A stretch of 63,287 nt of DNA, filler included, from an uncultured Methanosarcinales archaeon (GTDB taxonomy: Archaea; Nanobdellota; Nanobdellia; Woesearchaeales; JAGLXL01), in the NCBI GenBank assembly GCA_964472345.1. It is 6 parts of 6 records of this genome, joined end to end, with 100 filler letters (N's around TTAATTAATTAA, not from the genome) between each part and the next. Parts side by side here need not be neighbours in the genome. Positions count along the whole stretch, not along the records: positions 23,960 to 35,560 come from CAYYLB010000042.1; positions 35,661 to 46,698 come from CAYYLB010000044.1; 4 more parts are not named here. The stretch is one strand, 5' to 3'. Shown here piece after piece: positions 32,275-40,657 of the stretch (within the stretch, counting starts at the first letter, position 1; every line of letters starts with the position of its first letter). The notes under the pieces were generated by a model. It was not told the DNA's origin. It ran no database searches and was given only the letters and a program-made list of their open reading frames with translations. The position numbers were made by a program, and so were the translations under genes.

Positions 32275-34896
32275 TCAGCTGTCTCCCGCCTGCAGCATCT
32301 CCGCCACTTCCTTCTGCTTCATCCCGATCTTCGCCAGGACAAGCTGGTGCATGCGCTTCAGGAAGTCGTAGCGCTCTTCGATCTTGATGACATCGGAGTA
32401 GCCCTGCACGACCAGTCCGAAGGCAAACGGGCTCGGGATCTGCGTGAAGGCCTCTTCCACCGCGAGCGTGCCCGCCTCGACCTGCTCCAGGAGCTCCGCC
32501 GCGTGCGTCACATCCATCAGGTCCTCGAGCACCTCGCGGCGCGCTTCCTTCAGGATCACGAAGTTCTCGTCAATGCGCTTCACCGCGCTCATCAGGATCT
32601 TGCTGCTCACCTGCTGCCTGCCGACGCGCTTCTTCCTGCCCTTGTACTCGCGCAGGATCATCAGGCTGCGGGCCGCACAGTGCCGGAACCTGCGGCGAAG
32701 CACCTCGCTCGACTCGATCGCCGCTTCGGCAATCCTGCGCAGCGCGCTCGGCTTCAATGCCCTGAGCGCCTTCATGACATTGACCCCGCCGCCATAGGCG
32801 ATGGAAAAGCCGTTGTCGTTCACGCTGAGCTCAACATCGCGGTTCTGCTGCCTGCCGATGACGAACGCGAGTGCGCGGCTGAGGCAGTCATTCACGCGCC
32901 GGCCGAACAGGGCGTGGAAGATCACGTACGTCCGGTCAGCGTCCTTGTAATGCTCGATGAGGATGCGCCGGTCGCTCGGGACCTTCGCGAAGTGGTACTG
33001 CTCCCAGAAATAGAGGTAGATGCTCTCCGAGGCATTCCCGTCGAGGTGCAGGAAGGCGTTCAGGAACTGCAGGATCTCGTCCTTCGGATGGTGCGCGAGC
33101 TGCTCATCCATCAGCCTGCGGAACCTGCCGATCTCCATGGCCAGGTCAAAGCTGAGCGGCAGCATTTCGCTGACCCAGCTCGGCACCGTCGGCTTCCTGC
33201 TGCTCGCTGCGGTGACGGAAGCGACCATGCCGCGGCTGAAGCGGAACTCATACACCTCGCCGCCCAGCACGAAGCGGTCGCCGGGCTTCAGCCTCTCGAG
33301 GAACGCCTCGTCAATGTGGCCGACGACCTGCTCGGCGTTCATGATCTTCACCAGCACTGACGTCTCGTCGGGGATGGTGCCGATGTTGGTCATGTAAATG
33401 ACGCGCGCCAGCTTCCCCCGCCTCCCGACCATGCCCGTTTCCCGGTCCCACCAGATCTTGGCATAGACATGGCGCTCCTCGAGCGACGCGTGCTCGCCGG
33501 CGAGATACTTCAGCAGCGCCTCGAAGTCGCCCCAGGAAAGGCCGTGATAGCAGAAGCTTTGCCTGACGAGCGCAAACAGCTCCTGCACGCTCATCCGCTC
33601 AGCGATCGCCATCCCGTACACCTGCTGCGCAAGCACGTCGAGGCAGTTGGCCGGGATGTGCACGCGGTCGATCTTCTTCTCGAGCGCACTCCTGAGCAGC
33701 AGCGCGCATTCCACCAGATCGTCGCGGTCGAGCACGATGATGCGCGCCTTGACGGTGTCGTGCAGGCGGTGTCCCGCGCGGCCCGCGCGCTGCAGGAAAC
33801 GGGCGACGCTTTTGGGCGAGCTGAGGCAGATGACCAGGTCGATGTAGCCGATGTCGATGCCTAGCTCAAGGGATGTCGAGCAGACCACCACTTTCAGCTC
33901 TCCGTTGCGCAGGCGGTCCTCCAGGCTGCGCCGCAGCGCCTTGCCGAGGCTGCTGTGGTGCGCACCGATGTTGCCGGTGTAGGATGAAGGGAACCGCTGC
34001 TTGAGCGTGTGGACGACGCGCTCGGTGGCGCTGCGGGTGTTGGTGAAGATGAGCGTGGTGCGGTGCTGCTGGATCAGCCCGTGCAGCGTGTTGTAGAGCG
34101 CGTCGTGCGCCTCCTGATAGTCAATGTCAATGAGGTTGCTGAGCGGGCTTATCACGCGCAGGTCCATCTGCTTGAGGAACTGCACGTCAACGATGCCGCA
34201 GTCGCGCGGCCTGCTATTTTCATAGCCGGCAAGGAACTGGGCGATCTCCTCCAGGGGAGCGACCGTTGCGCTGAGGCCGACGCGCGCCATGAATCCGCTG
34301 AGCCTCTGCAGCCGCTCGAGCGAGAGGGAAAGGTGCGTGCCGCGCTTGTTTTCCGCCAGCGCATGCACCTCATCGACGATGCACCACTGCACTGCTTTCA
34401 GCTTCTCCACGAAGCGCGGGGAGTTGAGCAGGATGGCGAGCGACTCCGGCGTCGTGATGAGGATGTGCGGGGGATGCTTGAGCATGTGCACTTTTTCGCT
34501 CGCGGTCGTGTCGCCGGTCCGCACGCCCAGGCGGATGCCGAGCTTCTTTCCCGCAAGCCGCTCCATCTCTCTCAGCGGCGTGATGAGGTTGACGAAGATG
34601 TCCTGGTTCAGGGCTTTGAGCGGCGAGATATAGATGCAATAGGCCCTGTCTTCCAGGATGCCTTTTTCCGCGCTGTCGACCAGTTCGTTCAGGATGGAAA
34701 GGAAGCCGGTGAGCGTCTTCGTCGCGCCCGTCGGAGCGCTTATCAGCACGTTCTTCCGCGAATGGATCTGCATGACGCCAAAGAGCTGCGGCAATGAAAA
34801 CTCCTTGAAGCGGGAGAAGAACCACTGCCTGACGAGCGGGTGGAGGATCTGCATGAGCTGCTCGGGCGTCGATGGCTGCTGGATGGGCGTGGGCAC
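32275..34896 (-). CDS. lhr: Lhr-type ATP-dependent helicase (SF2)
   Basis: APTGATKT, ISPLKAL, RTGDT, ITTPESL, VDEVH, GLSAT, HHSSL, SLELGIDIG, QRAGRAGH, YMTNIGTIPDE, VPSWVSEMLPLS. Start (GTG 34896) is estimated. Confidence 0.92.
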   Translation of the reverse strand: MPTPIQQPSTPEQLMQILHPLVRQWFFSRFKEFSLPQLFGVMQIHSRKNVLISAPTGATKTLTGFLSILNELVDSAEKGILEDRAYCIYISPLKALNQDIFVNLITPLREMERLAGKKLGIRLGVRTGDTTASEKVHMLKHPPHILITTPESLAILLNSPRFVEKLKAVQWCIVDEVHALAENKRGTHLSLSLERLQRLSGFMARVGLSATVAPLEEIAQFLAGYENSRPRDCGIVDVQFLKQMDLRVISPLSNLIDIDYQEAHDALYNTLHGLIQQHRTTLIFTNTRSATERVVHTLKQRFPSSYTGNIGAHHSSLGKALRRSLEDRLRNGELKVVVCSTSLELGIDIGYIDLVICLSSPKSVARFLQRAGRAGHRLHDTVKARIIVLDRDDLVECALLLRSALEKKIDRVHIPANCLDVLAQQVYGMAIAERMSVQELFALVRQSFCYHGLSWGDFEALLKYLAGEHASLEERHVYAKIWWDRETGMVGRRGKLARVIYMTNIGTIPDETSVLVKIMNAEQVVGHIDEAFLERLKPGDRFVLGGEVYEFRFSRGMVASVTAASSRKPTVPSWVSEMLPLSFDLAMEIGRFRRLMDEQLAHHPKDEILQFLNAFLHLDGNASESIYLYFWEQYHFAKVPSDRRILIEHYKDADRTYVIFHALFGRRVNDCLSRALAFVIGRQQNRDVELSVNDNGFSIAYGGGVNVMKALRALKPSALRRIAEAAIESSEVLRRRFRHCAARSLMILREYKGRKKRVGRQQVSSKILMSAVKRIDENFVILKEARREVLEDLMDVTHAAELLEQVEAGTLAVEEAFTQIPSPFAFGLVVQGYSDVIKIEERYDFLKRMHQLVLAKIGMKQKEVAEMLQAGDS

Positions 34897-35035
34897 GGGC
34901 GTTCCGCGGGTTTGCTGGTTTAAAAACACTGCGTTTTCCTTGGGCAAAGGTGAGCACGTGAGCGCCAGGAACCTCTGGGCGATCGCGTGAGCCGCGTAAG
35001 GAAGAACCCTCGCGAGAAAAGAATAAGAAAGAACG

Positions 35036-35485
35036 CTAAACCTCTTTCTTCCACAGCGCCTTCTCGAGCACCAGCTTGCTTCCCGCGCCGCTGAAGAGCA
35101 GTGAGATAAGCAGGAGCAGAAGCAGGAGCACGAACTCGTAGCCTCCGTTGGCAAGGGAATAGCCCTTGGGCCAGTGGACCAGCGCCAGCGCCACGATCAT
35201 GTCAATCGCGAGCGCGGCAGCGGCGTAGCGCGTCAGCAGGCCAACAAGAATGAACAGGCCGCCGAACGTCTCGACGATCGCGACAAGCCAGGCGAAGAAG
35301 CCGGCGGCAGGGATGCCGATATTGGCGAAGAAGCCAGCCGTTCCGGCGATGCCGACCGCATAGGGGCCTATGCTCAGCAGTTTTCCGGCGCCGTGGACAA
35401 GAAACACGATCCCGACGCCCAAGCGCGCGAAGAGCGCCGCCCACGCGGAACTTTTCTGAAACAGGGCTGCAAGCACGCAAACCAC
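35036..35485 (-). CDS. DoxX family membrane protein
   Basis: RLGVGIVFLVHGAGKL, ETFGGLFILVGLLTRYAA, GGYEFVLLL, GAGS motifs. Confidence 0.85.
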   Translation of the reverse strand: MVCVLAALFQKSSAWAALFARLGVGIVFLVHGAGKLLSIGPYAVGIAGTAGFFANIGIPAAGFFAWLVAIVETFGGLFILVGLLTRYAAAALAIDMIVALALVHWPKGYSLANGGYEFVLLLLLLLISLLFSGAGSKLVLEKALWKKEV

Positions 35486-35660
35486 CTCCGTGACGCGGGA
35501 AGGCGATGCTCATTTTTAAATATTGCGGCGGTTTGTGCGGCGATCCCTTTTTGATGTGGGNNNNNNNNNNNNNNNNNNNNNNNNNNNNNNNNNNNNNNNN
35601 NNNNTTAATTAATTAANNNNNNNNNNNNNNNNNNNNNNNNNNNNNNNNNNNNNNNNNNNN

Positions 35661-36096
35661 GACCATAACATTCAGCAGCAGGCATATCATTAGTGTTACC
35701 AATTGTTAATCCTGCGACATTTGATCCAGCAGAAGAACCCATATATGGCGTACCACCATTTACTGCTTCTCTTATAGCATCTGGTAATCGTTTATCTTTC
35801 AAATCCATTAGAAGTCGCCACGTATTTCCACCGCCAATAAAAATTGCTTCAGCAGCTCTTACACTTTCTTTTGGATTATTTGCATCAAGAAGTTGAAGAT
35901 CATATCCCATCTCTTGAAAAGTTGGTTGTAATGCTGTAACATATGCTTCATGTCCCATTCCTGATGGATTTGCATATGGAACAAATCTTACAACTTTTCT
36001 TCCTCCAAACAAGTCTTTAATCTCCTCTCTTGCATGAGCCAGTAATTCTCCACCAGCAACTTTAGTATTGCTAATTAACAATAAATCTTTTGTCAT
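35661..36096 (-). CDS. pepE: Dipeptidase E (peptidase S51), 3' truncated, AT-rich
   Basis: FVPYA, AEAIFIGGGNT, YMGSSAGSNVA, TNDMP. Confidence 0.88.
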
Positions 36097-36166
36097 AAGT
36101 AAAGAAAATACTTGGGTGTTTAAATACTTTTCTACTGCATAGTGGTAATTTTGCGTCCAACACTTA

Positions 36167-36247
36167 GAGCCTATCCCGGTTGGCAGACGCGCCCGTTGGC
36201 GCTCCGTCTGGGTCTGCCGTGCTGGAAACGCCTATTGGGATAGGTTC
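36167..36247. mobile_element. 81-bp MITE-like element (type D) with TTA target duplication
   Basis: TTA-GAGCCTATCCC...GGGATAGGTTC-TTA; internal hairpin. Confidence 0.55.
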
Positions 36248-36318
36248 TTAGGATTACTGTCGGATATCTTAAGCGGTAAAGAGCAACGCGCGCCTCTCCC
36301 ATCCTTTCGGCATATGAG

Positions 36319-36606
36319 CTATCCAATCAGCCCCATCCCCTGCGCGCTCGCGCTCTCGATCTCGTCAAACTTCTGGAGGACGGCATTCTTGTCCTTGGCC
36401 TTTGCTGCCATCCCGCTGAGCAGCGTTTCTGCCTGCCGCAGCGCAGCATCGCTCCCGTCGATGATCAGGTACGTCGCATCGCCTTTCATGCCCAGCGAGG
36501 CAGCCGTCCGCGTGTAGATGCTCTGCCGGCTGACCAGGTCGTCTTTTCCGAGGGTTTCCTGCGCCTTTGCGGCGAACGCCGCTTTGAGCTCGTAGACTTC
36601 TCTCAT
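36319..36606 (-). CDS. Small hypothetical protein (95 aa)
   Basis: MREVYELK...DDLVSRQSIYTRTAASLG...YLIIDGSD...ASAQGMGLIG; GAGG SD; directly downstream of tRNA-Leu. Confidence 0.7.
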   Translation of the reverse strand: MREVYELKAAFAAKAQETLGKDDLVSRQSIYTRTAASLGMKGDATYLIIDGSDAALRQAETLLSGMAAKAKDKNAVLQKFDEIESASAQGMGLIG

Positions 36607-36629
36607 GGTTCCTCTGTCCTTGGAATGGA

Positions 36630-36713
36630 TGCGGACGGCAGGATTCGAACCTGCGTAGGCACTAAGCCATACGGCCCTGAACCGTACCCGTTTGGCCACT
36701 CCGGCACATCCGC
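36630..36713 (-). tRNA. tRNA-Leu(CAG), intronless
   Basis: GCGGATG acceptor stem, TACGG-TTCAGGG-CCGTA anticodon arm, long variable arm, GGTTCGAATCC; TATA about 25 nt upstream. Confidence 0.95.
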
Positions 36714-36739
36714 ACAACGGGCCGCACAGGCCCCGGGAT

Positions 36740-37801
36740 TTAAAAAGCCTCCGGCGGCACGCCCGGCACGCTGCTGCTGACCGTCCCCTTCTCCGTCTCC
36801 TGCCGCCGCCGGCAGCGATAAACAAGCCCATCGGTCGGGTGACGGCCGTTCCACGAGCGCTCGCGGAGGATCGTCGCAGCTTCCTCCGGCGGCACGCCTT
36901 CTTTTCCTGCAGCAGCCGCTTCCGCGGCATACGCCGTGGCGGGCTTTCCCCCGAGCGCAAGAAGCCTCCCTTCTGCGACGACCGCTTCCACGTACAGGGC
37001 GCGCGTCCGCCTTTCCGCGGGAATGCTGCCGACGATATCAAGCGCCTTCCGGTACTGCTCGCGTGCCCTGCCGATGAGCCGCGAGCGGCACCGGCCTTCC
37101 TCCCTTCCCGCATTGAGCAGGCAGGCGTCACCGAGCAGCGTGGAGGCGGCGGGAAAGCCGTTTCGTGCGCGCCTGGCCTTCTGGAAGTCGCTCATGGCGT
37201 CGCTGATCCTGCATTGATCAAGGTACGCCATGCCCCGGCCAACATACGCGTGCGCCATCTCCCATCTCACGCCTCGGGCATGCCGCGGCTCATACGGCCG
37301 GAGAGCATCGCACAGGGACTGGTACTGCTGCAGCGCTGCCGAAAAATCGTTCCCGGCTTCGCCGTGGCGCCCCAGGCCGAGATGCGCCAGCCCGCGGTCC
37401 ACCAGAAGGCGCGCGTGCTCCCGCTGCGCCGTCCCGTAATAGGTCCCGCTCCCCCTGCTGAACATGTTCTCCCACGCCAGGGCATTCCGGGAGTCAGCAA
37501 GGAGCCGGATCGCTTGGGAATACGCCTCGCATGCTTCGGTAAAACGAAGCGCCCGGTGCGCGTCCAATCCGTCTCCGATGAGAGTGTTGATGGAATCGGT
37601 GACGCGGCCGTCAGCGCCCATTGCCGTGAGCGTCGCCAGGGGACCCTCATTGGTGAGATCAGCTTCCGGATGCGCCGGCGCCGCGCCAGGATGGGGCTTT
37701 CCGGCAGAGCCTTCTCCAGCGTTTCCCGGTGGACTTGCCAGCGAAGCGTCAGAGACAACGATGGATTCGATGCCGCCGCCTGCCGCGTCGATGGTCGCCA
37801 T
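36740..37801 (-). CDS. TPR-repeat protein
   Basis: LLVDRGLAHLGLGRHGEAGNDFSAAL and AYVGRGMAYLDQCRISDAMSDFQKA TPR-like units. Confidence 0.65.
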   Translation of the reverse strand: MATIDAAGGGIESIVVSDASLASPPGNAGEGSAGKPHPGAAPAHPEADLTNEGPLATLTAMGADGRVTDSINTLIGDGLDAHRALRFTEACEAYSQAIRLLADSRNALAWENMFSRGSGTYYGTAQREHARLLVDRGLAHLGLGRHGEAGNDFSAALQQYQSLCDALRPYEPRHARGVRWEMAHAYVGRGMAYLDQCRISDAMSDFQKARRARNGFPAASTLLGDACLLNAGREEGRCRSRLIGRAREQYRKALDIVGSIPAERRTRALYVEAVVAEGRLLALGGKPATAYAAEAAAAGKEGVPPEEAATILRERSWNGRHPTDGLVYRCRRRQETEKGTVSSSVPGVPPEAF

Positions 37802-37861
37802 GGAGGGGCCCTCTCATCCGCTGGAGATTATAAGCGTTTGGTATGCCTGCCGCAGGAGCTT

Positions 37862-38335
37862 TCACTCCACTTCCCGGAACCCGCAGTCCCGCAGCACCTG
37901 CCTCACGTACGGATGCCAGTCCGGCTCTATGGCCGAGAACCACTGCGCCCCGGAATGGTTCTTGTCAAACTGCAGCGGTGCGGTGTCTTCGACGTCCATC
38001 AGCGCCGCGACGTTCACCGAATGCACGCCGCTGGTGATGCCGAAGGGCGCTTCCTTGAAGAATGTCTCGTAGGGGCCGGTAATCTTCACAATAGTTCCGG
38101 TGAGGTTGGCTTCCTCCTTCAGCTTGCGGTTCGCCGCCTGCACGAATGTCTCGCCCTTGAAGATGCGCCCGCCGGGCAGCCACCACTTGCCCTTTTCCGG
38201 CTCTTTGATGCGCCTGATGAGCAGGAACTTGCCCCGGTGGCGTGCGACGACGTCAAGGCACGGGATGGCAACAAGCTCAAGGATTTCCCGGTACTTTTCT
38301 GGGGAGATGAAGCCGCCCATAGGGACTGATTGCAT
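37862..38335 (-). CDS. NUDIX hydrolase (GDP-mannose mannosyl hydrolase-like)
   Basis: LLIRRIKEPEKGKWWLPGGRIFKGETFVQAANRKLKEEANL; DKNHSGAQWF. Confidence 0.85.
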   Translation of the reverse strand: MQSVPMGGFISPEKYREILELVAIPCLDVVARHRGKFLLIRRIKEPEKGKWWLPGGRIFKGETFVQAANRKLKEEANLTGTIVKITGPYETFFKEAPFGITSGVHSVNVAALMDVEDTAPLQFDKNHSGAQWFSAIEPDWHPYVRQVLRDCGFREVE

Positions 38336-39059
38336 CGCTGGTGCTTTTTAATCTTTTCTCACCTTCAGGCTTGGAAGGCATTTTGTCCCCTTCTACCTGC
38401 GGTGTCGTGAGAATGGAGCCAGCATACGTCTCGGGGCCTGCTGGTCGTCCGTTCGGCTGCCCGTTCTGTTCCGTTGAGGATCGAACCAAGCTTCCCTGGT
38501 TGCTTGGCGCGTAACGGTACGAGTTGTTGAGGCCGTAGTTTTGGTACGCAAAGAAGTCAAGGAGCAAAACATTGATTGCCGCTGCAATGATGATCGCGTT
38601 GCGCCTGCCTTTCCCGCCCCATCTGCGGCCGACAGCCCGGTAGATAAGAAAGGGGACTACGGCGAAAACGCCTACGCCGATAAAAACACCGAGCGTAAGG
38701 TCCGGGGCACCGCCTTGCTCAGGCAGAAGCCAATGGAATACGTTCCAGATGGCAAATGCGCTGATCCAGACCAGGGGCCAGCTCAGCAGGCGGAACAGGA
38801 GCCAGCTTATCACGCCGAACAGGAGATAGAAGAGCGGGCGATGGAGAGCGTCGGTCGGGGCGAGGTCCAGTATATGGAGCTTATCAGGGCCTTCTCCGCC
38901 AAGGCCGGGACCGACGATATAGATTGGCAATGCAGTCAGCTGTTCGCCAAGAAGGAAGAACATCAGCACAAAAAACAGGATGTAGCTCGCGGGAAACGTG
39001 CGGTCGCCTCTCCAGCCCATCTTATTCCGTGGGAATTCTCCTCGTTTTTTGGCTTTCAT
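38277..39059 (-). CDS. Multi-TM membrane protein, hypothetical
   Basis: Several hydrophobic segments; 3' end overlaps the NUDIX start, so boundaries are uncertain. Confidence 0.5.
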   Translation of the reverse strand: MKAKKRGEFPRNKMGWRGDRTFPASYILFFVLMFFLLGEQLTALPIYIVGPGLGGEGPDKLHILDLAPTDALHRPLFYLLFGVISWLLFRLLSWPLVWISAFAIWNVFHWLLPEQGGAPDLTLGVFIGVGVFAVVPFLIYRAVGRRWGGKGRRNAIIIAAAINVLLLDFFAYQNYGLNNSYRYAPSNQGSLVRSSTEQNGQPNGRPAGPETYAGSILTTPQVEGDKMPSKPEGEKRLKSTSDAISPYGRLHLPRKVPGNP

Positions 39060-39080
39060 TGTAGGTGGTGGGTGTGGACA

Positions 39081-39350
39081 TCATCCAAGTTTCTCAATGG
39101 CTTTTATCACCCGCCGCATACTCGACAATTGTGTGGAAACAATCATAAAACAGATGCTTCCAGCAGCAAAAAGTATTACAATCGAAGCAAAAAGATGAGA
39201 TTTATCCGACAAACTTAATTGTCTGGTCATAAAAGCAATTACAAGACCAATAAGCACAGTAAAGAAAATAATTATTGTAGTATTGACCGTCTGGAGATGT
39301 TTCTGGTAATTTAAATCAAGGATGTTTTTCCTTCTTTGTGATTCTTCCAT
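39081..39350 (-). CDS. Small two-TM membrane protein
   Basis: 89-aa ORF KNILDLNYQKHLQ followed by two hydrophobic helices. Confidence 0.6.
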   Translation of the reverse strand: MEESQRRKNILDLNYQKHLQTVNTTIIIFFTVLIGLVIAFMTRQLSLSDKSHLFASIVILFAAGSICFMIVSTQLSSMRRVIKAIEKLG

Positions 39351-39359
39351 AACGAGAAC

Positions 39360-39530
39360 TCAATCACCCAAACCGACAGCAATGAGGATGATGCCTAAAA
39401 CCAAAAACCCCGTTGCTCCAATGGTGATACTGTATCTCCCAGAAGCAAATGCTGGAATCCCGCCCGCAAGACCAACGATAGTGCTTATTACGCCTGCAAC
39501 GATAAAAAGATTTTTTTGGCGTTGTCTCAT
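39360..39530 (-). CDS. Small two-TM membrane protein (56 aa)
   Basis: Manual translation MRQRQKNLFIVAGVISTIVGLAGGIPAFASGRYSITIGATGFLVLGIILIAVGLGD; TTTAAA upstream; tandem with 39081..39350. Confidence 0.55.
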   Translation of the reverse strand: MRQRQKNLFIVAGVISTIVGLAGGIPAFASGRYSITIGATGFLVLGIILIAVGLGD

Positions 39531-39665
39531 TTGTGTATAAGCTTAGAATCTCATCTTATTTAAAAATCTTACTTCTTTTTCCAGAACATTCCCGCCTTTG
39601 AGCTTCTGCTTCTCGGCTTGCCCTTGTGATCCAGCCTACGAAAATCTCTAGAAAATCACAAAAAA

Positions 39666-39749
39666 TACGGCAGCCGGGACTTCCGTTCGCATTTCGAACC
39701 CGGGTCTCCACCTTGGGAGGGTGGGGTCTTACCGCTGGACCACTGCCGT
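39666..39749 (-). tRNA. tRNA-Gly(CCC) with a 13-nt T-loop intron at 59/60 (intron 39680-39692)
   Basis: CCACC-CTCCCAA-GGTGG anticodon arm; CCGGG TTCG AA/A TGCGAA CGGA AG/T CCCGG forms a BHB whose splicing gives TTCGAAT; TATA 25-31 nt upstream. Confidence 0.88.
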
Positions 39750-39773
39750 ATGAAACAGTGGAAAAGGGCGCGC

Positions 39774-39780
39774 TTTAAAT
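39774..39780 (-). promoter_or_regulatory. TATA box of tRNA-Gly(CCC), representative of the tRNA promoters
   Basis: AT-rich boxes 25-32 nt upstream of each tRNA 5' end (about 36738, 39774, 39989, 41447, 41990, 42395) in a GC-rich background. Confidence 0.6.
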
Positions 39781-39804
39781 ACCTTATGAGAGGGAAAGAG
39801 AATA

Positions 39805-39964
39805 TGCCGCGGCCGGGAAAGCCACGCCGCCGCGCTGCTCGGCAGCGATTTGAACCCGGGTCGAAGCCTTTCCCTGCAGTGCACGAAAGGGCTTCATGAT
39901 TCTCCGGCGGACGCGTTCCGCGCTCACTGGCGGCACGCTCCTGTCCGGACTACACCACCGCGGC
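39805..39964 (-). tRNA. tRNA-Glu(TTC) with three introns: D-loop (39902-39942), 37/38 (39870-39883) and 59/60 (39819-39848)
   Basis: Removing 41+14+30 nt at BHB-like motifs yields a 75-nt archaeal tRNA-Glu GCCGCGGTGGTGTAGTCCGGACAATCATGAAGCCCTTTCGAGGCTTCGACCCGGGTTCAAATCCCGGCCGCGGCA. Confidence 0.88.
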
Positions 39965-40042
39965 ACGCGAGCCCCGTTTTGCGCTGGCTATAAAAACATT
40001 TCTAAAACCAACCTTTAAAAGAAACGTCCCGTTCACCTCCCC

Positions 40043-40657
40043 GTGGACGACCTGCACCTATGGCTCAATGGGCGCTATCGCGATGCGGAGAAACTTCGCC
40101 CCCGCTTCGCAACGGCAAGGCCATTTCCCCACATCGTCCTGCGCGGCTTCTTTCAGGAAGAAAAGATAAGCCCGATTGAACGCGCCCTGCGCCGGCAGTT
40201 GTTCACCCGAACCGCAGCAGACCTCTACCAGTTCTCCCGCACGCCTGACTTCCAGCGCCTCAGCGACCGCGCGCTCAGGACGTTCCATTCCTTCTTCCGC
40301 TCGCCTGCGTTCATCAACTATATCGGCACCATGACTGCTGCCTCATTAAGCGGCACGATCGACATGGCAGGCTTCCTCTACCAGGACACCGACTACCTGC
40401 TGCCGCACGACGACCGGCTGCACGGCCGCGCCGTCGCGTACATCCTCAACCTCTCGAAAGGCTTCGCAAAAAAAGACGGCGGCCAGCTGCAGCTCCTCGC
40501 GGCGAAAAACAACAGGCCGTCGCGCGCCGTCAAAACAATCGCTCCGCTGCGCAACACGCTGACGCTCTTCAAGGTCACGCCGCGCTCGTTCCACCAGGTT
40601 GCGGAAGTGCTCAGCAGAAAAAAACGCTTTTCCATCGCGGGGTGGTTCCATGGCTAA
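40043..40657 (+). CDS. 2OG-Fe(II) oxygenase, OGFOD1/Tpa1-like catalytic domain
   Basis: PFPHIV..F, DLYQF, TIDMAG, YLLPHDD (HxD), AYILNL, GGQLQL, SFHQVAEV (distal His), RFSIAGWFHG (RxS). Confidence 0.88.
   Translation: MDDLHLWLNGRYRDAEKLRPRFATARPFPHIVLRGFFQEEKISPIERALRRQLFTRTAADLYQFSRTPDFQRLSDRALRTFHSFFRSPAFINYIGTMTAASLSGTIDMAGFLYQDTDYLLPHDDRLHGRAVAYILNLSKGFAKKDGGQLQLLAAKNNRPSRAVKTIAPLRNTLTLFKVTPRSFHQVAEVLSRKKRFSIAGWFHG

Noticed and set aside
36692..38329. 545-aa plus-strand ORF and similar long antisense ORFs (e.g. 32140..33360, 19121..20143)
   Set aside because: Shadow ORFs of high-GC genes on the opposite strand, with no motifs of their own.
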